64,000 nt of DNA from Neocallimastix sp. 'constans' (GCA_050613775.1 JBODTK010000107.1:310001-374000); one strand, 5' to 3'; counted from the stretch's first letter, positions 24,811 to 49,253 are shown. Made by a program: numbers and translations. Notes: generated from the letters alone by a model not told the origin.

Positions 24811-25664
24811 ATATTATTTTATAATAAATAATTAAGAAATGAGGAATAACCAAACGAAATAATAATAATTCTTTCATTCAAAAATTTAATTTACTAAGCT
24901 TAATAAATTTATACAGTTTAAATAAATATTCAAATGCATCTCTATAATTAATAATTTTATCATTATAATTATTTTTAATAATTTTATCATTATAATTATT
25001 TTTAATAATTTTATCATTATAATTATTTTTTTTTAATAATATTTAAATAAAAGAATTATTATTATATATATTTATATTTTTAATAACATTTATATTTTTA
25101 TATAAATCATAAAATCTAACCATTATATGATTTATTTAATTATTCACTTAATAATTAATTTAAAAATTGAAATAACAAATTAATACAATAAAATAATATT
25201 ATGTAGCATAATATAGCTATAGCCACATATTTATATACATCACGTGAAAATTGGGGTAATGCAACCTCCCCGTATAGAATATCTTTAAAAAAGGTATGAC
25301 TTTATTTTTAAATTTTTATACGCCACATTACAAAATGCGATTGAGAAATGGACGATCCCCATTTTAAAGTTAAAATAATTTAATCCCCTTGATATACAAA
25401 CCATTCATATGGTACAATTATTGTATAAAATATTCATAATAATATAATAAACAATCTTTTTTATTATTATTATTAGTATATAATATTAATATTTTTTTAA
25501 TTTTTTAATTTTATTATTATTATTATTATTATTAATATTATTATTATTATTAATTATTATTATTATTATTATCATTATTATTATTATTATTATTATTAAT
25601 ATTATTATTATTATTAATTATTATTATTATTATTATTATTATTGTTGTTGTTATTATTATTATA

Positions 25665-25701
<37 letters not shown>

Positions 25702-25785
25702 TAATATTTTTAATTTTTTAATTTTTTTAATTTTTTAAAATTTTTTTTTTTTATTTGATAAATTTTATATATATTTCAACTGAGG

Positions 25786-25831
<46 letters not shown>

Positions 25832-26353
25832 ATGAATTTATTAATTATCATTGAATATTAATAAAAATCTAATAGAATTATGGTTAAAACAATTAAAAAA
25901 AAAAAAATTCATGATCCATTTTACAAGAAATTTTGAATAAAAAGATTATTAAAATTATGGTCAAATAGATCTACTTATTATAATATAAAAGATGATATTA
26001 TTATTATTAATATTTCTTATCCTAACTTATTTTATTATATTTATAAAATTAAATTTATTATTATAATTATTATTCTTTACACTATTTTTTTTTTCAATTT
26101 ATTAAATATTATTTATAATCATAATTATTTTTATTAATATTTTTTATTTATTTATTTATTTAAATTTATGCTCTATGTTTAATTATTGTTTGTTAATATA
26201 TCATTAATTAATTTATTTATTTATTAATTTATATTTATTTATTTACTTATTTATTTATTTTTATTTTTATTTTTATTTTTATTTTTTTTTTTTTTTTATT
26301 TTTTTTTTTTTTATGGTTACTTCATTTAATAAAAGTTATTAATAAATAGAGAT

Positions 26354-34730
<8,377 letters not shown>

Positions 34731-35193
34731 GATGATTATATATATATATATATATATTTTCTTTTTTTTTTTTTATATATATATATATATTATTTTAAAA
34801 AATTTATCTCTTTTCTTTTTTTTTTATATATATATATATATATTATTTTAAAAATTTTATCTCTTTTTTCTTTTTTCTTTTTTTTTTTTTTTTTTTATTT
34901 ATTTAATATATATATTAAATATATTTTTATATATATTATATATTAATAATAAAATATTATAAAAAGGTATATTAAAGAGGTTTAATCAATCTTATAAAAA
35001 ATAAAAAAAAAAAAAATAATAATAATATAAAATAAAATATAATAAATTTTATATATATAAAAAAATGCAATCAAAGTAGATAAATTATATGAAAAAAAAA
35101 AAAAAAAAATTAAATCCTCTTATATAAACTTTTTACTTTTATTTTTAAATGATATTAAATCATTTGTTTTATCGAAAAAAAAAAAAAAAAAAT

Positions 35194-35248
<55 letters not shown>

Positions 35249-35698
35249 ATATTAATTATTAAATAATTTAATATTTTATATATATATATATATAGAATAG
35301 TAGAAAAATTGTTTATTTTTTAATAATGAAATTATTAAAAAAAAAAAACAAAAAACATTGATAATTCAATTTAAAAATTAAAAAACATTAATATTTAATT
35401 TTTTTTTACTATTACTTTACTTCGCAATAGATTTTTTTTTTTTTAAATAATAACAATTTTAATAAATAAAGTTTATTATTATTATTATTTTTTTTTTATT
35501 TAAATAGTTTCTTTATTATTATAAATGTATTAGTATGTATGTATTTAAGTATCTTATCATTTCTATTGATAATAGTTATTATTATAATATTATTTAATAG
35601 TAGTATATCTCATCAAAAATTATCATTATTTAAATCTTATTAGTTGTTTAATTATTACTTATGTGGTATTATTTATTTATTTACTTATTAATACTAAC

Positions 35699-35732
<34 letters not shown>

Positions 35733-35887
35733 GTGATTGTTGATAAAAATACTTTTTTTTTTTTTTTATTTTATTTAAATATTTATTTCTTCCATTTAAT
35801 AAGTGAATTTTAATTTCATAGGTCAAAACAATTATCGGAGTTTTCAAAAATAATTATAAAATAAAATTTTGAAAAAAAAATATATAT

Positions 35888-35942
<55 letters not shown>

Positions 35943-36248
35943 TTTCATAATACATATATTATTATTATTATTATTAATTAAAAAATTAAAAAAAAAAAAA
36001 ATTTTGAAAATTTGAAAATGTTACACACAAAATTTTAATAATAATAATAATAATAATAATAATTAATAAATAAAAATATGTTTTAATATGTAAAATTTAT
36101 AAAATTATGTAATTTGAATCAATAAAAATAAAAATTTATTTTTTTTTTTTTTTTTTTTTTTTATTTATTTATTAATTTTATATACATATATATATTTTAA
36201 TAACTAATATATAAAAATAGTATAAAAATAAATAAATATATAATTTTA

Positions 36249-36289
<41 letters not shown>

Positions 36290-36401
36290 TCATTTGATGT
36301 TTAGTGATAAATTTATACAATTTGATAAACTTATCATTTTTTATAATAATAATAATAGTAATAAAAAAATAGGTATATAAAATTTTAAATATACATTTAT
36401 A

Positions 36402-36436
<35 letters not shown>

Positions 36437-36452
36437 AAATATTTACTTTTTA

Positions 36453-36504
<52 letters not shown>

Positions 36505-37193
36505 CTTTTTAATATTTTAAAATTTAATTTTTTTTTTCCTTTAAATATCAACTACTACAATTATTACTAATAAGAGAATTTTGAAAAATGAAAAATAATT
36601 TTTTTTTTTTTTTTTTTTTTTTTTTGGTATACTTTTTAAATATTTGTAAATTATTTAAAAATTAAAATAAAATAACAATTTCTATTAAAACAATAAAATA
36701 AAAATTAAAAAATTAAAATTAAAAAATTAAAAAAAAAAAAAAATAAAAAATAAAAAAAAAATAAAAACTATTTAAAATATTTAAAATATTTATATTAATT
36801 TTAATATATTCATAAATTAAAAACGTTTAAATTAATTTACACATTTATAAATAATTTATAAATGTTTTATGATTAAAATGGGAGGATAAATAGAATTAAT
36901 AATTATAATAAAAAAAAATATAAAAATATATTAATAAAAAAAAATAATAATAAAAATAAAATAATATATATATATATATAAATATAAAGTAAAATAATAT
37001 AAAATAAAATAAATTATAATAACATATATATATATATTTGTATTATATAATAAAATAATATAACATAAAATTTTGTATTTAAAGATTTTAACTTTTAATT
37101 TTTTTTTTTTTTTTTTTGTTTTTTTGTTGGATTATTTGTTCTTAAAATTTTTTGATTTTAAAAAAATTTTTTTTTTTTTTATATATTATTTAT

Positions 37194-38394
37194 TTACTCA
37201 TTAATTACATTACGAATTTTAATTCTATTATTAGAATTACTGTTAGTATTTGTAAATTCGTTGGATGAAATTGGATTGGTATTATTATTAGGTTTGACAT
37301 TATTTTCATTTATAATATCTTTAATTTTATTATTAGTGGTAGTATTATTAATATTAATATTATCATGAGTTACAGGTCTATTTGTGTTTAGATTTTCATT
37401 ATCATTTCGTTTATATTCAGATTTTATTATGGGTTCAAAATTTTGTTGTTGAGTTTCTTGACTTTTATTTAAATAAGATACATTTTTTCCTTCAATATCA
37501 TTTAAATTTTTTTTAATAGTATTGTTTTGATTTTGATTTTGGTTTGGATAAGTAGAAGAAGAATAGGATTCTTTATCTTGATGATAATTACTATTTAAAT
37601 TTCTATTATTGTAAAGATGTGGAGGTAACAATTCTTTAACATTATTATTATTATTTGGATAGTTATAATTATCTACAGGTATATTAAAATTATTATTAAA
37701 ATTATTATCTTCTTTTCTTAATGCTAAAGGACTATTACCATTATTTTTATTTAAAACTGGTGGAGAATAATTTAGATAGATATCTAAGTTATTATTATTA
37801 TTATTATTGTTATTATTATTATTATTATTACTTTCTTGATAATAATTTTTATTATTAGTATTATTAGTATTATTATTATTATTATTATTATCGAAATATT
37901 TATTATTATTATTACTATTATTATTGTTATTGTTATTGTTATTACTATTATTATTACTGTTGCTATTAATATTACTATTATTAATAATGGTTGAAGTAGT
38001 AGTAGCTGAAGTGGAGGTGATAGCAGTAGTAGTATTTATATTAATTAAGTTATTACCACCACCATTATTACTATTAATATTATGATTAATATTATTATTA
38101 CCATTATATTTTAGATCATTTAAAGGAGGATAATTATTTGACATTTCATGACCTTCATTAATATTTCTATTTGGTTCAAATTTATTTATCTCTGATTGAT
38201 TAGGATTAAAATGTTTATTATCATATTTAGAAGGATGATCATAATAGTAATTTATATTACGATTAGAATCATAATCATACGGTGGTAATGGTCTATTATT
38301 CATATTATTATAATCTCTATTATATGAGTTTATATTATTAATATCATTATTCTCTCCTCTTTTATCCATTTCATTGAAATCTCTTCTATAGCCT

Positions 38395-38425
<31 letters not shown>

Positions 38426-40977
38426 TATTATTACCATTATAATTATCATTATAAACATTATTTTCATTATTTCTATAGATATATTCATTATTCATATTAT
38501 AAAGATTTGGATTTGAATCTTTTTTATTTGGCATCATATTATTGTAATCATTAGATTCTGGTTGACCAAGATTTAAATTATCATTTTTATACATCATACC
38601 TTCATTCATCATCCTTCCTCTCTCATTATAATTATAATTATAGTATTTTGAATTTTCATATCCTTCACTTTTCTTATTATCAAAATCGTTGTTAACTTCT
38701 CTTTTTTCATTGTAGTATTGACTTTTTTGTATAAATGATTTGGACTCTTCTTCTCTATTATTATAAAACATTTTACGATTCATGAAATCCTCATTATTCC
38801 TATCTTTTGGGGGTATACGACCCATATCATTTTCTAATGAAAATTTTCTTGGTGGATTATGTGTATATTGACTTCTCTTAATATCATCATAAAAATTACT
38901 ATTAGGTAATATATAACTATTATCTAAAGAATTAAGCTTTCTTTTTCTACCATAACCATTACCCATTGGTACGTCAGAGTAACCGAATGAAGGTATATTT
39001 CCTTCTGGTTTATTTTCATACATAGAATTTGACATACGACGACCATCCTCCATTTTAATATTTTTAAATCTTTCATTTTCATCATTGGTTGAATTACGCA
39101 TTGTTGGTATATGTTGATAATATTCATTTCTATCCATATTAGAAGTAGGACCTTCCATTGGCTCATTTTCTTTATGTTGCTCAGTTTTTATATTACGAAT
39201 AAAATTATTACCTCTATCACTATACATTTTTTTATTATCAAAATTATTCATATATGGATCAAGAGGAGGTTCCGGATAGTTACTCACAGATCGAATTGGC
39301 ATCATATTTGGATAATCATTGATTTTATTATAATTATTGGAGTTAAGTGAAGGATTATAATCATCACGACGATTATTTATATTTGGAAAATGAGGATCAT
39401 TCGTGTATTGGTTAGAATCTTTTAATTTAATCTTATCTTCTGGATAGAATGGATATTGAGAATCTTCATAATATGGTGGCATATTATTATTTTTATTAAT
39501 ATCTGGTTCATTCATATTACTATGATTATTACCAGGTGGCATAATTCTATAATTATGATTATTACTATATTGATTAAGATTCATATCTTCATTATTAATA
39601 TAATTTCTCATACTCATTTTATTTCTGTTTTCCATCATAGGAGGATTCATTTTATTTCCATCCATATCTCGATAATCACCCATTGGTCCTCTCATAGATC
39701 CATTATTATAATCATAATTATGATAATAATTATCCTGTTTAGGAATATATTTGTTATACATATTATTAGAAGAATTAGGATTTTGATAATTAGAATCCTT
39801 TATATAATCATTATGATTACGATTCATAATCTTTTTGGTTTCATTTTCAAAAGCCCTATCACTTTTTGAATTATTTCTTTCGGCTTCTTTAGATCTTGGA
39901 AATTTACCAACATATATATAAGTTGTCTTCTTTTCATAACAATCATATCCTGGTAAATCAACAAATATTCTTTTAGATGGATGTTTACCAAGTGATTTAT
40001 CCTTACGAATTCTAATTTTTAAACCTTGTTCAGCAAAAAGCTTTACTAAAGGTGAAGACTCTTTTATAATAAATAAATAAATTAATATATTAATATATTT
40101 CAAAATATTTAATGTATTAAATAATGAGTTTTTATTACCAATTACTATTAAAATATATAATAAATAAATAAATAAATTACCTTGCATTCCAGGAAATTCT
40201 CTAGCAGAAAGAACCTTAAAATTGTCTGATAAAATTGATTTTCTAAAAAATAATCTTTTACCATTACTTAATATAAATAAAAATATAAATTAATAAAATA
40301 TATAAGAATAATAACAGTAAAAATATAAATTAATAAAATATATAAGAATAATAACAGTAAAAATATAAATACATAAAATTATTATTAAATAAAAAAAAAA
40401 AAAAAAAAAAGTAAAAAAATATATTATAACAAAATAAAAAATAATAATTAAATAAACAAATCAATAAACAAAATATATTTTTATTCATATTTCCATGATT
40501 GTTTCATAATTATATTTATTTTTATTATATACATGAATATTTATTTTTATATATGCAAATTATTTAATAATTTAACTAATAAATAAAAAAATACTTTACC
40601 CACTAATTTCATAAAGAGAAAACTTTAATCGATAAGTTCCCTCAACACATACTGACATATCCTATAAAATATATATATTATTATAAAATACATTATGAAT
40701 AATGGATACTAATATTTAAATCAAATAAAAAATAATAATAATAATAATAATATTACATGAAAAATGAAAAATGCACCATAAGTACTATCAAAATCTTTCA
40801 TTCTTGTTAATGAAGCTACGGTTAAACCATTTGTAGCTTTTATCATTTTACCATTACTTTCAACAATTTCAAGAGATTTAGGATTATCTTTTTCTTCTTC
40901 ATTTTGACAACTATCTGAACCTTTTACTAAATTGGCGCTCATAAAGAAAAATGGTGTATGTAATAAAGTTTTACTAC

Positions 40978-41011
<34 letters not shown>

Positions 41012-42661
41012 TAATAATATATAATTAAAATTAATTTTTAGGATTATTATTAAAAAATGATAATAATAAATTTTAAAAATAAAAATAGAACTAAATAAAT
41101 AAAATAAATAAATTTAAAAATAATACTAATGTCTAAATATAAACTATTTTAAATTATATATATTCCAAAATGAATTCAGTTATAATGAAATCTATAATCA
41201 TAATCCATTATTAATTACTTTATAAAACATTTTAAAATCATATATTCCAAAATGAATTTAATTATAATGAAATCTACAATCATATTTCATTATTAAATAC
41301 TTTTAAAGCAGTAGTTCATTTATAAAATAAAATAAATAAAAAAAAAAAAAAAAAGATTTTTTTCTTACTTTGTACTACTATCGTCTACATATTCATTACC
41401 AAAAATTAATTGAACTAATTATATCAATTATTAATTATTTTAATTTAAATTATTAATAAATAAATATTTATTCATTAATTTATTGATATGTTAATTAAAT
41501 TAGTCTTTTTTTATGGTATAAATTATTGTTTTAAAAAGTATTAATTACAAATAATGCTTTACTTACTAATTGGTGGTGGATCTATAGGTCTTCTTTCTAT
41601 TAAATTTAAGAATTAATGAAATAAATATTTTTATTATCGATATTCAATAATTAGTGATATAAACATTATTAAAAATATTTAATTATTTTTAAATAATATA
41701 GTTATTTAAATCATTTTATCTTTCGTTGTACCTTTATCATTAAAATTTGAACATCTTGCATATGCTGGTTGTTGTCTTATGATTAGATTATAGTCATCAC
41801 TAAATAAAAATAAAATGAATATTAAATATTATTTAATGAATTGTAAAAAAAAAAATAATAATAATAATAATAATAAGGTAATATTTTTCATAATTCTTTA
41901 TTAATACTTTTTATTTATTATATTTATATATAATTAGCTTTTTACTTACTTTAATCGCTTAGTTACTACATTTTTAAAAACATATTATAATCAAAAACAA
42001 AAAGGAATAAAAAAAAAAATAAATAACAATATTTCATAAAATTAATATATATATATTTATTTATTTAATTTACTAAGAAGTTAATTCTAGTACTACACTT
42101 ACAAACTTTATTATTTATGTTATTCATACTGTCCATGGTCATACTATTCATGTTATTTATATTATTCATATTATTATTTGCTATATTGTTCATGTTGTTC
42201 ATGGCATCCATATTATTAATATTGTTCATATTTCTCATATTCATGTTATTCATACTCATATCCATATTATTAGTATTCATATTGTTGACATTACTATTAC
42301 TGATATTACCATTATTTATATTTGAACCATTTGGTATATAATTTTTATTTTTCATACGATATGAAACAGTGGGTAATTTATAGAACGTCTTTCGTAACTT
42401 TTGTTTCTTCAACGAACCATCATTTTCTTCATTATTAATATTATTTACATCATATTTTAACATATTGTTTATATTACGTAAACTTTCTTGTGATGGGGTA
42501 GGTTGATATGTCTGAGTAGCTTGTTGTTGATTAATAGGTACAGGTGTAAAAGTAGTAAAATCTTTTTCTTTATTTGCTAAATAATCTTGTTTATTTAATT
42601 GTTCATTATATATATTTTTTTCATTATAATAATTAGAATTAAAATCAATATTTTTTGACAT
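37194..42661 (-). CDS. Velvet-domain transcription factor (VosA/VelC-like) with a very long Asn-rich C-terminus; multi-exon
   Basis: Spliced exons give YNLIIRQQPAYARCSNFNDKERRPIDPPPIIQL, TPFFFMSANL, GLTVASLTRMKD...GAFFIFHDMSVCVEGTYRLKFSLYEI and SDNFKVLSAREFPGMQESSPLVKLFAEQGLKIRIRKD, the canonical velvet domain motifs. The last exon is most of ORF 37194..40187. Confidence 0.92.
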
Positions 42662-45600
42662 TTTATTTATATATATATATTATTTAATTTTCATTTCTTA
42701 AATGTATATATATTATACAATAAAAAATAAAAAAAAAAAAAAAGGTAATTTAGTTTTCTATTTAGTCCAAATAATTTTTTTATTTTATTAAATAAAACGT
42801 TATATCTTATATCTCAAATAGTTTTTTTTTTTTTTTTTTAAACTATTATATATATATATATAAGTATATTTATATATGTATAAATTTAAGATAATCAATT
42901 TTTTTTGTAAATGTTACTTCAAAAATAAAAGATCAAATAATTAAAAAAAAAATAAAAATAAAAATAAAAATAAAACTGAAGAAAAAAAAATATTTTTTTT
43001 TAATAAATAAAAAAATTTTCAAAATTATAGAAAATAAAAATAGAAAAATAAAAATCAAATAAATAAATAAAAAATATATTAATTATTTATAATATTTTAT
43101 TATTTTATTTTATTATTTTATATATTCTTTATATTATTTTATTATGCTTTATTTTTTTTTTTTTTTTTTTTTTTTTGGTTTTTTTTTTTTAATAATCTTA
43201 TATATTATAATATATTAAAATAATTTATTATTAATACTTTTTTATTAATATTTTATTATTCATGTATAATAAAATAAAATAAAGGTTATAACTAAAAAAA
43301 AAAAAAAAAAAAACTAATAAATTATAATCCATAATAATATATTCTATATTCCAATTTATTGGTATTATATTATAAATATATTATCTACACTGCTTAGTAA
43401 AAAATTATTAATATATTATTTAATTTAATTATATTTTAAATTTATAAAGTTTAAAAAAGAAAAAAATTTTGAATTTCCGTTTAAACTATAAAAAATAATA
43501 ATTTATTATTTATTATAAATATTATAATATATTAAAAAGTATAATCTAAATTTTAATAAATTTGGTTATATTTATTTTAATATATTGTTTCCATTACTAT
43601 TTCAATAAAATAGGTTTAATTTAATGTAATATATATTATTTATTTGTATAATATTCCATATATAATTGAATCATAATAAATAAAAATCTTTAAAATTCTA
43701 TATATATCATATAAAAATCATTGAAGTTTACTATTTAACGATATACTTTAATATTTATTTATTATTATTAATTATAATTATTTATTATTTATTACTATTA
43801 TTAATTATTATTAATATTTTTATTATTATTAAATATTCTTATTAATATTATTATTATTATTAATTATTAAAAATGAAATACTTTTTTATTATCAATATTT
43901 AAAAAAAAAAAAAAAAAAAAGCAAACATTCTATTATCAATATTATTATTTATTATGAGTATAAATTTATTATTAACATTATAATCATTATTTAATTTCCA
44001 TAAAAATATTAATTATCTTTTTTATTAGCTACTGATGTAGTTTACCTTTTTTTTTTTTATTATTTTTTTTTTATAAATAAAGGATAAAAAAAATACTTAC
44101 AATATATTACTATATATAAGAAAACACTCCTTTGGTTGAAATACTAATTAAAAAAAAATTTTTTTTTAAACAATAGTATAATATTAATAATTTATCATTA
44201 TAAATTACTAATGAACATGCATATATGGATATATAGATATATGTTTAATATAAATAAGAGAATAAAAAAAGAAATACTATAAAAAAGAAGGAAATTATAT
44301 TTATTTTTATATTTTAATTATATATAAATGGTATATAATAATTTGACTTTTTTTTTTCGTAAGAGTTAAACTATTTAAAGTTCAATATCGTAAATATAAT
44401 TTAGCCTAAAAACGAACTTATATCTGTTTTAACAATAATATAATTTGAAAAAAGAATTAGTTTATGAACTATTTCTTATTTTTTTTTTAAAAAAAAAATA
44501 ACTTTAAAATTAAGATATAAAACAGAGATTATTGTATCAAAATTTTGAATATAAACTTTATTATTATAATTATTATAATTATTATTATTATATCTATTAT
44601 AATTATTATAATTATATCTATTATAATTATTATTATTATATCTATTATAATTATTATTATAATTATTATAATTATTATTATTATATCTATTATAATTATT
44701 ATAATTATATCTATTTATTATTATATCTATTATAACTATTATAATTATTATTATTATTAATATTTTTAGAAAATTTATAGTAGTTCATAAAAAAAAAAAT
44801 TTTTTTTTTTTATTTATTCTATTTTTAAAGTATTTTAACAACTTTTTAATAATTTTAAATACTTTACCTTAAAGTATTGTTCGATAAAAATATTAAATAT
44901 ATATAAATACATAAATATATATTTTAGTTTATAATTATATTGAATTTTTATAAAAATTTAATATATACCATATATTATTTTACCATGGAGTATAATATAT
45001 TAAATATATTACCAATAAATTATAGTTATTTTGGTTCATCTATTCTATAATAAATTGTAAAAAAAAAACAAAAAAAAAAATTAATTTCAAATAAATAACC
45101 AATAGATATCATAATAAACCTATACTATTTATTTTATTATTTACAATATATTATATTATTTTATAGTCATAGATATAATGTATATAATCATTAAATAATA
45201 TATTCATTAAATAGAACATAAAATACTGTAAAAAAAAAAAAAAAATTAGGTAAAAAAAGAGAAATAAAGTTATTAAGGTTAAGAAACCTAATTTCTAATT
45301 GATTTCTATATATTTAGAAAGGAAATCATTATTATTTATTATTTATTTTAAAAAAAAAAAAAAAAAGTTACTAATGATATGATAAATTATTTATTAGTAA
45401 GAGGTTTATTATTTTGATAAAACGATTATATATAAATATAAATATTTTATTATCTAACAAATTTTTTTTAAAAAAAAAAAAAAAATCATATATAATAATT
45501 ATCATATGTCTTTTGATAATCATTTGAAAAAAAAAAAAAATTTATATTTTTATATATTTTTATATAAAACAAATTTTTATAATATAAAAAAAAAAAATAA

Positions 45601-47301
45601 AAAATTAAAGATTAACAATTTTTTGAAAATTTTTTATTTCCTTGTTTGTTTAATTCTTTTTATTTTTATTAATAAAAATATATATTTTTTATATATATTT
45701 ATATTTATATTTATATCTTTGTTTCTATTTTCTTACTTTTATTTATTTTTATTCCATTTTTTTTTTATTTACGGTCCTTCTTTAATGATGATCCTTTTCC
45801 ATTTATTTTTATTCTATTTTTTTTTTATTTACGGTCCTTCTTTAATGATGATCCTTTTCCATTTATTTTTATTTTATTTTTATTTTATTTTATTATCCAT
45901 TTTTTATAATGTTCATGTATATATAAATTTATTTATTTATTTATTTTATTATTTATATTTATTTATTTTACTATTTATATTTATTTATTTATTTATTTAT
46001 TTTTTTATTTATTTTATTATTTATATTTATTTTAGAGATAATAGGAAAATATATATATATATATAAACTTATATTTTATTAAATAAACAACTTGGTTTAG
46101 TTGAAATTATAAATAAATTACTTATTTAATAAGATTATAGTATTTAAAATTTTATTCTTCCAATATATATAATTATTTTAACCCTATTTGAAATTGACTT
46201 TATATATTCCTATTTTTTTATTTTAATATAATTTATTATATATTATATTATGTAACTCTATTTATATATTATATTATATATATATTATTTTTTTTTTTTC
46301 AGTGATATACTTTAAAATATAGTGTAAAGCTTTCTATAATTAAATCAATAATTATTAAATTATGTTAATATTTCTTTTATTTTTAATGAAATTATTAATA
46401 TACTCTATAATTTTCTTTTATTTTTTTTTTTATTTTTAAGTTTTTCTTTTTTTTATGTTTTTCTTTATTTTTTTTATTTTTTTTTTAGTTTTTTTTTTTT
46501 ATTTTTATTTTGTTTTTGTTTTTTACTTTATATATATACATACATATAGTATTCTTTCTTATTTCAACATATAACCAAAAAATTAACCAAAAAACTTAAA
46601 AAGTCATAATATATAATTATGAAGATTTCACTATTTTAATTAAAAGAAATTTATTGAAATTTTGATATAATTATTAATTTATTTAAATCAATAGTTTTAT
46701 TAAATATAACAAATTAATTTATTTAAAATTTTTTAATTTATTGAAATCATTTATATTAACATTCCCTAATATTTAAAATTTCCTACCAAACTTTAAGTTA
46801 ATTAACAAAATTAATTTTTAATTTTAAAAAAATTAGAATTACTTTATTTAAAAACTAAAAAAAAAAAAAAAATTAAAAAAAATATGATATACAAACTTTT
46901 ATTTTATATGAAACTTTTTTTATTATTATTTCTTATTTTTCATTTTTTTTATTATTTTTTATTTATATAAAGATTCTTTATATAAAAAAAAAATTAAATA
47001 TATGTATAAAAAATATTTATTTCAATTATGTAATATATTTTTAATTGTATTTTTATTATTATTATTATTATTATTCTATTAAATTATTTTTGGTTAATAA
47101 ATATAATATTTTCTATATTAAATAATCATTTTTATATTTAAAATTTATTATACATAACAGAGATTATAGAGAAAACTTTTATTAATTTGGTTGAATAAAT
47201 TTTTATAATTGAATATTATTAATAATTTTGTAATCGTATAAAATTAAAATTGTATATGAAAATATATATATATTAATAAATAAATATTTACATTTATTCT
47301 T

Positions 47302-47339
<38 letters not shown>

Positions 47340-49003
47340 TTATTCGTAATATAAATTTATTAATGTAGATTACTTTTGTTAAGTTATATTTGTCATTCAA
47401 TAAAAAAAAAAACTTTTAATATTTATTATTAATTATTAATTTGTCTTTGTTAAATAATATATATATATTTATATAAAGAGAGAGAGAAAAAAAAATAGTT
47501 AAATAAAAAGCAATAAAAATATTATAACATTCTAAGAATCAATTATGTTATTAATAACTATTTTTTTATTTTAATAAATAAATATATGATATTCACTATA
47601 TTTCCATAGCTATGAAAGTCAATGATATAATTAAAATATTATCTTTAGATTATATTATTATAAATATATTATTCAAGATTACTTTTTCCACATTTACTTT
47701 TAATACCTATTTAATTCTTCATAGAGTTATGAATCTATGAATATAAAAATTAGTTTATACATATATTTATATTATAAAGTGATATAAATTGTTTCTTTTT
47801 TTTTTTTTTTTTCTATATGAAAACCTTTTTTAAATATCTAATTATATATATATTAATATAAATTATAATGTCTTTGTAGTTATTAAAATAAAAAAAATAA
47901 ATATTACTATAAATATATTAAACTTTATTATCCTTAATAAAATAAATAATTATTTCAATTCATGACTAATACATTTACACACGTTTTTTTTTTCATATCT
48001 ATATAGTATATAACATATTCAATATATAGACTTTCTATTAATAATATATAATTCATATATATTAAAATATTATTAATACAAAAAAAATAATAAATATAAA
48101 TTTATTAAATTTAATTATTATATTAATTATAACAAATAAAAATAACAATTAATATATTTTAATTAAAAAATAAAAAAAAAATTATTTTTTTATTATTTTT
48201 TTTTATTATCTATTTATATTTATATTTATTCTTATATTTATTCTTATATTTATATTTATATTTATATTTATATTTATATTTATATTTATATTTATATTTA
48301 TATTTATATTTATATTTATATTTATATTTATATTTATATTTATATTTATATTTATATTTATATTTATATTTATATTTATATTTATAGTGATATATTATTT
48401 ATATTTATATTTATATTTATATTAATATTAATATTTATATTTATATTTATATTTATATTTATATTAATATTAATATTTATATTTATATTTATATTTATAT
48501 TTATATTTAATATTTAATATTTAATATTTAATATTTAATATTTAATATTTAATATTTATAAATTTAAAAAAAAATAAATTTTTTAATTCTATCAAAATTT
48601 TTTAATTAAATATTATAGAGTATACTCAATGATTTACTACCTTTATAATACTTTTGGATATTTATTATAATGTTAAGTTTCAACTTTTATAATAATTATA
48701 TAAAAATAAAAATAATAAAAAATAAAAATTTAAAAATAAAAATAACTTTGAAAATGAAAATAATAATAAAAATTAAAAAAAAAAATTTTATTTGTAGAAA
48801 TAGAATTTATTAATTAGTTAAATTTTTATATATATATTTTTTATGAGAATGTCTGTCAATTAAAAAAAAATAAATTTTTAGAATTATTTGATTCTTTTTT
48901 TTTTTTTTTTTTATTTATTCTAATTCAATTTGTGATAAAAAACTGAATTTGTTTACATTTAGTAACCAACCTTTTTATATATATATAAATTAATATTTGA
49001 GTG

Positions 49004-49047
<44 letters not shown>

Positions 49048-49253
49048 TTTAATACATTTCAATAATCATTTTTCCATATAAATTAATTATATTTATTTTT
49101 CCAAAAATACATTATATATAATTTAGAAAGATTTAAAAAAAATAATTTTCTTTTCTATATTGAAAAAGTTTGTATATATTGAACAGAAATGATTAATAAA
49201 TTTATAATTTATTTATTTATAAGTCTTTCAAATATAATTATTAAAAATTGAAA

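Larger units (their letters stand above)
20772..25360. mobile_element. Decayed Mutator-like (MULE) DNA transposon with TIRs and TSD
   Basis: Left end GGAATCTAGTGCATTTCACAATTGCACAATGTGGTGTAT versus reverse complement of the right end GGGGATCGTCCATTTCTCAATCGCATTTTGTAATGTGGCGTAT. Flanking direct repeat ATTTTAAA(G) at 20764-20771/2 and 25361-25368/9. Contains a MULE transposase remnant. Confidence 0.8.

Noticed and set aside
45750..45870. 60-bp tandem duplication containing ATGATGA (C-box-like)
   Set aside because: No D box or guide sequence; a simple local duplication.
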